In this document: positions 1 to 8,818 of the stretch, in pieces
Layout of the letters: every line of letters begins with the position of its first letter
How positions within the stretch are numbered: position 1 is the stretch's first letter
Source of the DNA: a virus
Taxonomy: Duplodnaviria > Heunggongvirae > Uroviricota > Caudoviricetes
Length of the DNA: 34,479 bases
Direction: 5' to 3' (one strand)
IMG/VR virus record: IMGVR_UViG_2778261675_000005
Program-made: the position numbers and the translations under genes
Notes under the pieces: generated by a model
What the model was told of the DNA's origin: nothing
Databases searched by the model: none
What the model saw: the letters and a program-made list of their open reading frames with translations, nothing else

Positions 1-1011
1 TTATAACGTCACTCCGCCTTTTAGAGGATTCAGCGCGACGGCATTTTGCAGGTAGTCAGGCGCAAGGTGCGCATAGGCCATCGTCTGCTGAATGCTCGCA
101 TGTCCCAGAATCTGTTGCAGTGCGATTATATTGCCCCCATTCATCATGAAATGGCTTGCGAATGTATGCCGCAGGATGTGGGTTGCCTGATTGGGTGGTA
201 TATCTGGCTTCACTCTGCGTAAAATCCCGCAAAACTTCTCATAATCAACTTTGAATAATTTAGCGCTGGCCTCCTCTTTAACTTTTTTCTCCAGTTCCTC
301 AGAAATCGGCACGGTTCGCTTTTTACCGTTTTTGGTTTTCAGGAAGGTAACCCTGCAATTTGTAATCTGTGCTGGTTTTAGCGTGGCAACTTCCGTCCAT
401 CTTCCTCCAGTGCTCAGACATAAAAGTGCGACAAGTAAGTCATCACCATCCAAAACATTTAACAGTTTTTCGATTTCTGCTTTTTCCAGGAACGTCATTT
501 CAGGGTTGGCCTCCGCCAGTGGCGGCAGTCCGTGAATTGGGTGTTGCCCGGAAAATTCATCCAATTGAATTAATTTTGTGAACATGCCGGATAATCGGTA
601 CATGTCACGGTTTATCGTTGCGGCACTGATACCATCACGTAGTCGCATGGAACGATAATCCATCAAAGCTCTTTTGCTCATCCGGCTCACTGGTATATCA
701 CCTATGCCGCTGATGGTTTTGAGCAGATGATTAAACTCTTTTGTTCCATGCTCGTGGTTTTGCCCGTGATATTTCCACCAGATGTTCAGCAACTCACTCA
801 AAGTTCTGCGATCTGCTCGCTGACCTGCCCATTCTTTCTGGCTGGCGTAGGCGATTGTGTATCGCTCAAATGCTACAGCCTCAGCTTTTCTTTCAAATTT
901 CCTGCGGATGCGTTTTCCGTCGCGACCGCGAGGTCTAATGTCCACTTCATAGCGTCCATCATCGAGCTTCTTAATTGACATAAGAAAGCCCTCTGACGCT
1001 GTATTCACCAT
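1..1011 (-). CDS. int: P2-type tyrosine integrase (complete; stop codon is the first 3 bases of the window)
   Basis: 336-aa ORF; C-terminal tyrosine-recombinase motifs (HTFASHF...LGH...TMAYAHL); sits at the prophage left end next to the C repressor as in P2. Confidence 0.9.
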   Translation of the reverse strand: MVNTASEGFLMSIKKLDDGRYEVDIRPRGRDGKRIRRKFERKAEAVAFERYTIAYASQKEWAGQRADRRTLSELLNIWWKYHGQNHEHGTKEFNHLLKTISGIGDIPVSRMSKRALMDYRSMRLRDGISAATINRDMYRLSGMFTKLIQLDEFSGQHPIHGLPPLAEANPEMTFLEKAEIEKLLNVLDGDDLLVALLCLSTGGRWTEVATLKPAQITNCRVTFLKTKNGKKRTVPISEELEKKVKEEASAKLFKVDYEKFCGILRRVKPDIPPNQATHILRHTFASHFMMNGGNIIALQQILGHASIQQTMAYAHLAPDYLQNAVALNPLKGGVTL

Positions 1012-1050
1012 CTTGGTAACAAATGGTGAAAATGTAATGTTTATAGAGTG

Positions 1051-1344
1051 TTAACCAGTCTGTTTTTCGGAGTGGTCTGATTCTGTTGGTTTTTGCCCAA
1101 TGTGTGCGAGAGCCGGCGCGATCTGACCAGCTTGTGGTGACGTATCACCAGTCATTAACCAGAGCGTATATTTTTTAAATAAAGGCGTATTTGTGACTCG
1201 CATAACGATGCTGAGACCAGGGTCTTTATGCCCACTTTCGTAATTTTTGACTGTTCCTAGAGCTATCCCGCTAATTTCGCTGAATTTCGCCTGTGTTAAG
1301 CCTTCTGCTTTCCTAATCGCTTTCAGTTTTTCGAATGTCTGCAT
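1051..1344 (-). CDS. C: P2 C-type immunity repressor (small HTH protein)
   Basis: 97 aa; divergent from cox; C-terminal stretch SGQIAPALAHIGQ resembles P2 C as I recall it; helix-turn-helix-like N-terminus. Confidence 0.8.
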   Translation of the reverse strand: MQTFEKLKAIRKAEGLTQAKFSEISGIALGTVKNYESGHKDPGLSIVMRVTNTPLFKKYTLWLMTGDTSPQAGQIAPALAHIGQKPTESDHSEKQTG

Positions 1345-1496
1345 TTGACAGTAACCTATTGGTGACTTATATTCCCGTCAAAAGGTTGTGTATTGGTGAC
1401 CTTTTGAGTGTGTTAGCCAGTCCCTAGAAAGGACAGGTGCGACCTAGAAGGGACTGGATCTAATAAGGGTAACACGAAAGCAAAAAGGGCTAATCA
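1345..1496. promoter_or_regulatory. C/cox divergent promoter-operator (immunity switch) region
   Basis: Intergenic region between divergent C and cox; direct repeat TATTGGTGAC at 1357-1366 and 1391-1400; inverted repeat CAGTCCC(1428-1434)/GGGACTG(1460-1466) with CTAGAA repeated. Confidence 0.6.
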
Positions 1497-1769
1497 ATGG
1501 AAGTCAATGACTATGTGATTCAGTACCCGATTGATGCGGTACATACGGTTAAGTTTGCAGAGTTACTTGGTAAGCCAGAAACGGCTGTAGTCAAGATGGT
1601 AAAAGAGAATAAGTTGCCAGTTATTGAGCTTCGTGATCCAAGTAAGCCGAACGCTCGTGTCGGTGAGAAGTGGGTTTTCATTCCAGAGTTTAATCGCGCT
1701 GTACGAGAGGCGTTTTATAACCGACCAGTTGAACAGCGTGATGCATGGCTTTTGTGGATGGGGTTGTGA
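1497..1769 (+). CDS. cox: Cox-like excisionase / repressor of the lysogenic promoter
   Basis: 90 aa, first gene of the early operon divergent from C; ...LPVIEL...GEKWVFIP...AWLLWMGL resembles P2 Cox. Confidence 0.8.
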   Translation: MEVNDYVIQYPIDAVHTVKFAELLGKPETAVVKMVKENKLPVIELRDPSKPNARVGEKWVFIPEFNRAVREAFYNRPVEQRDAWLLWMGL

Positions 1770-1771
1770 TT

Positions 1772-1942
1772 ATGAGTGAACCGCGTTGTATTGCTCAGTT
1801 ACTGCGTAACGAAAGCCCCAGGGCGATTGACTTCACCATCACCCACGGTAAGGGGCGTAAGGGAATCATTATCCGCACCAAAAAACAGAGTCCGTTAAAA
1901 AAGGCTCTGACCTTTCTGAAAAGCCGGAGGGGCTGGAAATGA
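1772..1942 (+). CDS. small early-operon hypothetical protein (P2 orf78 position)
   Basis: ATG at 1772 immediately after cox stop; stop overlaps B start (ATGA at 1939-1942); position conserved in P2-like early operons. Confidence 0.5.
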   Translation: MSEPRCIAQLLRNESPRAIDFTITHGKGRKGIIIRTKKQSPLKKALTFLKSRRGWK

Positions 1943-2439
1943 CAGTGATGACGCTTAATCTCGTTGAAAAACAGCCAGCAGCTATGCGCCGGATAATTGG
2001 CAAGCATCTTGCCGTCCCTCGCTGGCAGGATACATGTGATTATTATAATCAGATGATGGAGCGCGAACGGCTAACGGTTTGCTTTCATGCACAGTTAAAA
2101 CAGCGTCACGCAACGATGCGTTTTGAAGAAATGAACGACGTCGAACGTGAACGACTGGTTTGTGCAATTGATGAATTGCGTGGCGCATTCTCAAAACGCC
2201 GTCAGGTTGGCGCAAGTGAGTATGCATATATTAGTTTTTTAACAGTCAGTCAGCGTCGCACTTTATTTATGCACGCACGACTGACTGAAAAAGAATTCAA
2301 CCAGCCATACTGGCGAATTAATGAAGAATCATGTTACTGGCGTGATGCTTTATTCCGTGCATTACGTGAATTATTCAGTCTGTTTGAGTATGCACCGACA
2401 ATTCTGACGTCGGTAAAACCAGAGCAATATCTGCATTAA
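1939..2439 (+). CDS. B: replication protein B (helicase-loader-like)
   Basis: 166 aa, same length and operon position as P2 gpB. Confidence 0.8.
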   Translation: MTVMTLNLVEKQPAAMRRIIGKHLAVPRWQDTCDYYNQMMERERLTVCFHAQLKQRHATMRFEEMNDVERERLVCAIDELRGAFSKRRQVGASEYAYISFLTVSQRRTLFMHARLTEKEFNQPYWRINEESCYWRDALFRALRELFSLFEYAPTILTSVKPEQYLH

Positions 2440-2502
2440 ATAATTAACCAGAGTTTTTAACGCACTTAATCGTGCGGGGCTTCTTTTTGCCTGGAGAAAG
2501 TC

Positions 2503-2727
2503 ATGCATACAGTTTCTGAAAATCAGTGCGGTAAATACGCATTACTGCTGCAACAGGCCAGAACCGAAGCACAGGCCGACGCTGCGACGCGCTTTTCTTC
2601 TCATCTTGACGCCATGATTCGCCACATCACAAAGGCGGAGTTATCCCGCGTGGAGATAGTCGAGCTGCTCAGTCAGGAGTCGGAAAAATTTCACAATATC
2701 GGATTGTCTCGCGGGGAGGTGCTTTGA
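2503..2727 (+). CDS. hypothetical early protein (P2 orf80 position)
   Basis: 74-aa ORF between B and A, codirectional, stop overlaps next start. Confidence 0.55.
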   Translation: MHTVSENQCGKYALLLQQARTEAQADAATRFSSHLDAMIRHITKAELSRVEIVELLSQESEKFHNIGLSRGEVL

Positions 2728-3026
2728 TGTCCTGTTCTCATTCAGTTGTATTACTGAATAACGCCTTAAAAATCGCCGTTATGAAAAATGGCGATTTGTC
2801 TCTTATTCAACTTTGTCTTGATAAAGAAAAACGCGACATAACTGAATCTGTTATCGCGATTTATCAGAATGAATTAAACCTCCTGTCTGATATGGTCAAT
2901 TTACTTGTTAAACGCGCTGTATTCCACAAGCAAATTTCCTCCGTGGATGAACTGACAAAATTAACGACAGAACTTGCCAGTTATTGCGCTGATGTATCCA
3001 GGAAACTTAACGATAAAAGGAGCTGA
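2724..3026 (+). CDS. hypothetical early protein (P2 orf81 position)
   Basis: 100-aa ORF, ATGA overlap with upstream ORF. Confidence 0.55.
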   Translation: MMSCSHSVVLLNNALKIAVMKNGDLSLIQLCLDKEKRDITESVIAIYQNELNLLSDMVNLLVKRAVFHKQISSVDELTKLTTELASYCADVSRKLNDKRS

Positions 3027-3028
3027 TA

Positions 3029-3253
3029 ATGCCGGACAACATAGATTTTATTCAGGAACAACAGGCTGAATTACTGGAGCGCCAGATTAACGCGGCAAGG
3101 GTAAAACATTGCGGTGTTTCTGCGCTGGTTTGCGAAGAGTGTGACGCGCCAATACCTGCTGCCCGTCGTGCAGCTTATCCGTCAGCCACGCGTTGTGTTT
3201 CCTGCCAGTCAGTCTTTGAAGCAAAAAACAAGCATTACCGGAGAATGGCATGA
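3029..3253 (+). CDS. TraR/DksA-family C4 zinc-finger protein (P2 orf82 position)
   Basis: 74 aa; CxxC...CxxC (CEECDAPI...RCVSCQ) typical of the phage TraR/DksA-like zinc finger. Confidence 0.7.
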   Translation: MPDNIDFIQEQQAELLERQINAARVKHCGVSALVCEECDAPIPAARRAAYPSATRCVSCQSVFEAKNKHYRRMA

Positions 3254-3525
3254 GTATTCGTATTGAAATTGGCGAACGTTATGTCGTTACCAGTGACAGC
3301 TTTCAGTTTATTCTCCACGAGAAAAAGAGAGCGGAAAGCGGTAAAAACGCCGGTCAGGAATGGCTGGCGGTGGTTGGTTATTACCCGAAATTAAGCCAGC
3401 TCGTTTCCGGCCTGATGCATCACGATATTCTGACCGGAAGCGCAAAGTCTTTTGCTGATTTAAACGCGCAGGTTGAGCAACTCAGCAAGCGTTGTTCTGA
3501 GGCTTTTGGCTCATATGGCCGTTAA
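3250..3525 (+). CDS. hypothetical early protein (P2 orf83 position)
   Basis: 91-aa ORF, ATGA overlap upstream; 3' end overlaps the probable A start. Confidence 0.55.
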   Translation: MSIRIEIGERYVVTSDSFQFILHEKKRAESGKNAGQEWLAVVGYYPKLSQLVSGLMHHDILTGSAKSFADLNAQVEQLSKRCSEAFGSYGR

Positions 3526-5800
3526 AGCCTCCGGGCGTTTTGTCCCTCCGTCAGCATTTGCCGCAGGCACCGGTAAGGCGTTTACCGGTGCTTATGCATG
3601 GAACGCGCCACGCGAGGCTGTCGGGCGCGAAAGACCTCTTACACGTGACGAGATGCGTCAGGTGCAAGGTGTTTTATCCACGATTAACCGCCTGCCTTAC
3701 TTTTTGCGCTCGCTGTTTACTTCACGCTATGACTACATACGGCGCAATAAAAGCCCGGTGCACGGGTTTTATTTCCTCACATCCACTTTTCAGCGTCGTT
3801 TATGGCCGCGCATTGAGCGTGTGAATCAGCGCCATGAAATGAACACCGACGCGTCGTTGCTGTTTCTGGCAGAGCGTGACCACTATGCGCGCCTGCCTGG
3901 AATGAATGACAAGGAGCTGAAAAAGTTTGCCGCCCGTATTTCATCGCAGCTTTTCATGATGTATGAGGAACTCAGCGATGCCTGGGTGGATGCGCATGGC
4001 GAAAAAGAATCGCTGTTTACGGATGAGGCGCAGGCTCACCTCTATGGTCATGTTGCTGGCGCTGCACGTGCTTTCAATATTTCCCCTCTCTACTGGAAAA
4101 AATACCGTAAAGGGCAGATGACCACGAGGCAGGCATATTCTGCCATTGCCCGTCTGTTTAACGATGAGTGGTGGACTCATCAGCTTAAAGGCCAGCGTAT
4201 GCGCTGGCATGAAGCGTTACTGATAGCTGTCGGGGAGGTCAATAAAGACCGTTCTCCTTATGCCAGTAAACACGCCATTCGTGATGTGCGTGCGCGCCGC
4301 CAGGCAAATCTGGAATTTCTTAAATCGTGTGACCTTGAAAACAGGGAAACCGGCGAGCGCATCGACCTTATCAGTAAGGTGATGGGCAGTATTTCTAATC
4401 CTGAAATTCGCCGGATGGAGCTGATGAACACCATTGCCGGTATTGAGCGTTACGCCGCCGCAGAGGGTGATGTGGGGATGTTTATCACGCTGACCGCGCC
4501 GTCAAAGTATCACCCGACTCGTCAGGTCAGAAAAGGCGAAAGTAAAACTGTTCAGCTTAATCACGGCTGGAACGATGAGGCATTTAATCCAAAGGATGCG
4601 CAGCGTTATCTCTGCCGCATCTGGAGCCTGATGCGCACGGCATTCAAGGATAATGATTTACAGGTCTACGGTTTGCGTGTCGTCGAGCCACACCACGACG
4701 GAACGCCGCACTGGCATATGATGCTTTTTTGTAATCCACGCCAGCGTAACCAGATTATCGAAATCATGCGTCGCTATGCGCTCAAAGAGGATGGTGACGA
4801 AAGAGGAGCCGCGCGAAACCGTTTTCAGGCAAAGCACCTTAACCGGGGCGGTGCTGCGGGATATATCGCGAAATACATTTCAAAAAATATCGACGGCTAT
4901 GCACTGGATGGTCAGCTCGATAACGATACCGGTAAGCCGCTTAAAGATACTGCCGCGGCTGTTACCGCATGGGCGTCAACGTGGCGCATCCCGCAATTTA
5001 AAACGGTTGGACTGCCGACAATGGGGGCTTACCGTGAACTACGCAAATTGCCTCGCGGCGTCAGTATTGCTGATGAGTTTGACGAACGCGTCGAGGCTGC
5101 TCGCGCTGCCGCAGACAGTGGTGATTTTGCGTTGTATATCAGCGCGCAGGGTGGGGCAAATGTCCCGCGCGATTGTCAGACTGTCAGGGTTGCCCGTAGC
5201 CCGTCGAGTGACGTTAACGAGTACGAGGAAGAAGTCGAGAGAGTGGTCGGTATTTACGCGCCGCATCTCGGCGCGCGTCATATTCATATCACCAGAACGA
5301 CGGACTGGCGCATTGTGCCGAAAGTTCCGGTCGTTGAGCCTTTGACTTTAAAAAGCGGCATCGCCGCGCCTCGGAGTCCTGTCAATAACTGTGGAAAGCT
5401 CACCGGTGGTGATACTTCGTTACCGGCTCCCACACCTTCTGAACACGCCGCAGCAGTGCTTAATCTGGTTGATGACGGTGTTATCGAATGGAATGACACG
5501 GAGGTCGTGAGGGCGCTCAGGGGGGCATTAAAACACGACCTGAGAACACCAAATCGTCAGCAAAGAAACGGAAGCCCGTTAAAACCACATGAAATTGCAC
5601 CATCGGCCAGACTGGCCCGGTCGGAAAGAATGCAAATTACCCGTATCCGCGTTGACCTTGCTCAGAACGGTATCAGGCCGCAGCGATGGGAGCTTGAGGC
5701 GCTGGCGCGTGGAGCGACCGTAAATTATGACGGTAAAAAATTCATGTATCCGGTCGCTGATGAGTGGCCGGGATTCTCAAAAGTAATGGAGTGGACATGA
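3515..5800 (+). CDS. A: replication initiation endonuclease A (rolling-circle initiator)
   Basis: Large ORF in the P2 gpA position; I place the start at the ATG at 3515 (MAVKASGRF...) rather than the track's upstream ATG at 3473, which would overlap most of the previous ORF; conserved HxH-like block (PHWHMMLF) and catalytic-tyrosine region (GYIAKYISKN) typical of rolling-circle initiators. Confidence 0.85.
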   Translation: MAVKASGRFVPPSAFAAGTGKAFTGAYAWNAPREAVGRERPLTRDEMRQVQGVLSTINRLPYFLRSLFTSRYDYIRRNKSPVHGFYFLTSTFQRRLWPRIERVNQRHEMNTDASLLFLAERDHYARLPGMNDKELKKFAARISSQLFMMYEELSDAWVDAHGEKESLFTDEAQAHLYGHVAGAARAFNISPLYWKKYRKGQMTTRQAYSAIARLFNDEWWTHQLKGQRMRWHEALLIAVGEVNKDRSPYASKHAIRDVRARRQANLEFLKSCDLENRETGERIDLISKVMGSISNPEIRRMELMNTIAGIERYAAAEGDVGMFITLTAPSKYHPTRQVRKGESKTVQLNHGWNDEAFNPKDAQRYLCRIWSLMRTAFKDNDLQVYGLRVVEPHHDGTPHWHMMLFCNPRQRNQIIEIMRRYALKEDGDERGAARNRFQAKHLNRGGAAGYIAKYISKNIDGYALDGQLDNDTGKPLKDTAAAVTAWASTWRIPQFKTVGLPTMGAYRELRKLPRGVSIADEFDERVEAARAAADSGDFALYISAQGGANVPRDCQTVRVARSPSSDVNEYEEEVERVVGIYAPHLGARHIHITRTTDWRIVPKVPVVEPLTLKSGIAAPRSPVNNCGKLTGGDTSLPAPTPSEHAAAVLNLVDDGVIEWNDTEVVRALRGALKHDLRTPNRQQRNGSPLKPHEIAPSARLARSERMQITRIRVDLAQNGIRPQRWELEALARGATVNYDGKKFMYPVADEWPGFSKVMEWT

Positions 5801-6252
5801 TGGCAAAAATTCACGAGGTAAAGCTGCACGCAAAATATTTTGACCTTGTGCTAGAAGGAAAGAAACGCGCAGAGTTTCGGAAAAATGACCGTAATTATGA
5901 GCGCGGGGACACGTTGATTTTGCATGAATGGGGGCAGGGGGTGTATACGGGGCGAAAGGTTGAAGCCCGGATAACAGATGTTACTGACCTGTCAGACTGG
6001 CTGGAAGATTATGTCTTGCTAAGTATTGAGCTGCTTAATACAGGCGCATATGAGATTGTGAACTGGAAAGAACTTAGTGAGCGTGGTCTGGTATTCAGAA
6101 TTAATCATGAAATTATGCATCAGCTCGGCCTTGCTGTCATGTATGAACCAGAGACGGGGATGTCTGGCGGGGCAATGGTTGCCACGGATGGAGCATGGAA
6201 CTATTCGGACGAACAGATTGAGTGTGCAAAGCAAAACGGGTGGCTTGGATAA
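5797..6252 (+). CDS. DUF3850/ASCH-like domain protein
   Basis: ATG at 5797 overlaps A stop (ATGA); N-terminal ~60 aa (KIHEVKLHAKYFDLVLEGKKRAEFRKNDRNYERGDTLILHEW) matches the DUF3850 fold pattern as I recall it. Confidence 0.6.
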   Translation: MMAKIHEVKLHAKYFDLVLEGKKRAEFRKNDRNYERGDTLILHEWGQGVYTGRKVEARITDVTDLSDWLEDYVLLSIELLNTGAYEIVNWKELSERGLVFRINHEIMHQLGLAVMYEPETGMSGGAMVATDGAWNYSDEQIECAKQNGWLG

Positions 6253-6458
6253 TGCACAGAATACCAGGCGAGATACCGCAACATAACACTAAAAATATCA
6301 AGCTGATGGCTATTGTTCACCGTCTACAGCAGATTATGGTCAACGAAAATCTGACGCCTGACGAGCTGGTCGGGTGTGCCGAAATAGTCCGGGATAATTA
6401 CGGGCGGCTTAATTATATCCGTCAGTCCAGAGTTGCTCCACCGTCACGCAGACTATAG
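6252..6458 (+). CDS. small hypothetical protein
   Basis: 68-aa ORF starting at an ATG overlapping the upstream stop (TAATG); no recognisable domain. Confidence 0.35.
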   Translation: MHRIPGEIPQHNTKNIKLMAIVHRLQQIMVNENLTPDELVGCAEIVRDNYGRLNYIRQSRVAPPSRRL

Positions 6459-6658
6459 AAAACGCCGTCAGTCTTGAAACTTGTTTTCAGGGCTGGCGGG
6501 GTTGAACAACGAGCATCGCGAGGCGTTAGTGGTTTTCAGTATGTGTGTTATATGTGATAGGTTGCTTCCTAACGTATTTCATGTTTCTATGGAAAAAGAC
6601 TAAAAAACATGGTAAAGAAGCAAAAAACGCATAGAATGTTGTTAAATTTATTTAGATT

Positions 6659-7786
6659 ATGGTGTATGAAATGCCACTGACTGTCTTAGAACCATTCAAA
6701 ACACAGATGATTTCCCCAGATGAATTAATCTTGGATGCTAAAAACCCAAGACTTTATAACGGGAAAAGTTTTAATGACAATGCCGACCCGCACGAACTGG
6801 TTAAGGCTCTCTCTGATACAGCTGATTTGGAGGAGTTGATTAAATCCATATCAGAGAATGGATATATGTCAATTGAACCTTTAATTGTCATGAAAAAAGG
6901 TGCCAAATATGTTGTTTTAGAGGGAAATCGTCGTTTAGCAGCGATCAAATTACTTACTGAGCCGGGTTTGGCACAAAAGTGTCGTGTTGTTGTTCCTAAA
7001 AACTTGGACGCTCGTGTTATAGATAGTTTGAAAGAAGTGGCTGTATATCTAGTAAATGATGAGTCAGAGGCTCGTTCATTTATTGGATTTAAGCATGTAA
7101 ATGGTCCACATAAGTGGGATTCTTTTGCTAAAGCGCAATTTGCATATAAATGGTTTGTAAGTGAAAGGGCAAATGGGCTTACAATAGACGATATAACAAA
7201 AAAACTCGGTGATAGTAATAATACTGTGCGTTCTATTGTTAGTGCTATGTTTGTACTTGAACAAGCAAAAAATCAGGAGGTATATGATATTCACGCTGAT
7301 CGCATGTCTCCAAAATTTTCATTTTCACACTTATATACTGCATTAAATAGGTCTGAATATAAAGACTTCTTGGGGCTCGAGAGAGATTGGAATGTTACTC
7401 TTAAAGATAACCCTGTCCCATCGCAGAATATTGATAAACTTAAAGATGTTCTTACTGGTCTTTATGGTTATAAAAAAGATAAAAGAGCTTCTTTAATTTC
7501 TTCACAGAATCCGGATTTAAAATATTTTGGCGAGGTTTTGGCTAATGAGGCCTCATACGAAGCCTTTAAGTCTGGGGTTGAAAGTCTGTCTGAATTATAT
7601 AAACAGGCCGGAGATCCACTTCAACACATCAAGGATGCTTTTCTGGAGATAAACAAGCAGCTTGATACTATATCTTCTGTTCTTGATAGAACTGATTCGT
7701 TAGATGACACAACGAAGAACTACATCGAACAATTTAAGAAAAAAGTATTGAAGGTTCAATTTCAATTGCAGAGTATTGAGGAATAA
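6659..7786 (+). CDS. ParB/Srx N-terminal-domain protein (candidate defense component)
   Basis: 375 aa, AT-rich; N-terminal 100 aa follow the ParB N-domain pattern (ILDAKNPRL ... LEELIKSISENGYMSIEPLIV ... YVVLEGNRRLAAIKLL, i.e. the GxxRxxA arginine box); C-terminal ~270 aa unassigned with a coiled-coil-like tail; alternative start at 6671. Confidence 0.7.
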   Translation: MVYEMPLTVLEPFKTQMISPDELILDAKNPRLYNGKSFNDNADPHELVKALSDTADLEELIKSISENGYMSIEPLIVMKKGAKYVVLEGNRRLAAIKLLTEPGLAQKCRVVVPKNLDARVIDSLKEVAVYLVNDESEARSFIGFKHVNGPHKWDSFAKAQFAYKWFVSERANGLTIDDITKKLGDSNNTVRSIVSAMFVLEQAKNQEVYDIHADRMSPKFSFSHLYTALNRSEYKDFLGLERDWNVTLKDNPVPSQNIDKLKDVLTGLYGYKKDKRASLISSQNPDLKYFGEVLANEASYEAFKSGVESLSELYKQAGDPLQHIKDAFLEINKQLDTISSVLDRTDSLDDTTKNYIEQFKKKVLKVQFQLQSIEE

Positions 7787-7789
7787 TAA

Positions 7790-8809
7790 ATGCAGTTGTT
7801 ACCTTATCCGGAGAGTCATCATATTCAAGTTAAATTAGATTGGCTTGAATTATCATGTTTATCGAATATTTACTTTACTGTGCGTATTTCTGAGTTAAGA
7901 AATATTCTGGAGAATTTAGATTCGTTTACATCTTCTGATATAGGTGAGGAAGATGCTGAAGTAGAGAATGAAATACAACGATTACTGGAACAATATCAGC
8001 AAAGAAAAGATATTTTGGGTGAAAGTTATCCATTTGTTTTTAATGAAGAAACACTTTGTCTTGAGTTAATGGAAGGTACATTGGAACAACTGACAGTTGA
8101 CCAACATATCTATTTATACTGCTTGTATTTTTCTCATATGTCAGCATCACGATTATTTAGTGGTTTGGAAAGTCCTACAAACCAGCAACGGGATTTATTA
8201 CAGATTGCTGCAACTATTGCTTTGGCTGGTTATGTTCAAGGCCATAGTATTTCATTCGGTTGGCCAAGACCAGATAGCTCAAGATTTTATGATGCGTTAA
8301 CTAGGGCTATTGATTTAATAGGAGAGGGCAGAGTAAAATCTCTGGCTGATGTAAATCGCTATTTACAGTCTAGGCCTCATAAAGATGCTGGTATTGATGT
8401 TATTGCATGGAAGGATAATAATCCTCGCGATATGTTTCCTGGTAATAAGCTTATTTATTTTGCACAAGTTGCTAGCGGAAATGACTGGCGCTCTAAAGCA
8501 GTAAAAGAAGACATTGCTGTTATACAAAATCACTGGTTGTCGCAAAGAATATATAGAATAATTGACGCGATTGTTATTCCATTTGATTTCGAAAGTGATG
8601 ATGAATCTATAAAAAAAGATCATATCTCTTTGATAGCCGAGGAGTTTGGAGCAGTGTTGCATAGGCTACGGTTGCCAACTTGTTTTAAGAGGGGCTTAGA
8701 GCTTTTAGTTTCTAACCCTGAGTTGCTGATAGAAAGGGGAAATGAAATAAATAATATTTCACAATATGTAATATCAACAACCGCAACGTTACAACAAGAA
8801 GCGGCCTAA
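7790..8809 (+). CDS. hypothetical protein, possible Mrr/PD-(D/E)xK-like nuclease fold (candidate defense component)
   Basis: 339 aa, AT-rich, GAGGA RBS, start 4 nt after the upstream stop (operon); segment HKDAGIDVIAWKD...KLIYFAQVASG is reminiscent of the Mrr-type restriction-endonuclease core, but the assignment is tentative. Confidence 0.55.
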   Translation: MQLLPYPESHHIQVKLDWLELSCLSNIYFTVRISELRNILENLDSFTSSDIGEEDAEVENEIQRLLEQYQQRKDILGESYPFVFNEETLCLELMEGTLEQLTVDQHIYLYCLYFSHMSASRLFSGLESPTNQQRDLLQIAATIALAGYVQGHSISFGWPRPDSSRFYDALTRAIDLIGEGRVKSLADVNRYLQSRPHKDAGIDVIAWKDNNPRDMFPGNKLIYFAQVASGNDWRSKAVKEDIAVIQNHWLSQRIYRIIDAIVIPFDFESDDESIKKDHISLIAEEFGAVLHRLRLPTCFKRGLELLVSNPELLIERGNEINNISQYVISTTATLQQEAA

Positions 8810-8818
8810 TATTAGGCC
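8803..8818. terminator. perfect 16-bp palindrome GGCCTAATATTAGGCC, probable bidirectional terminator
   Basis: Palindrome read directly; contains the stop codons of both convergent genes; T-run follows on the + strand. Confidence 0.5.

Noticed and set aside
251-978. Several + strand ORFs (94, 70, 83, 65 aa) across the integrase region
   Set aside because: All antisense to int, with no RBS or conservation signal.
3473-3514. Upstream ATG given by the ORF track as the start of A
   Set aside because: It would overlap the previous ORF by about 50 nt; the in-frame ATG at 3515 gives the MAVKASG N-terminus I expect for a P2-type A protein.
4776-5345. 189-aa + strand ORF in an alternate frame within A
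   Set aside because: Out-of-frame overlap with the replication gene, no independent start signal.
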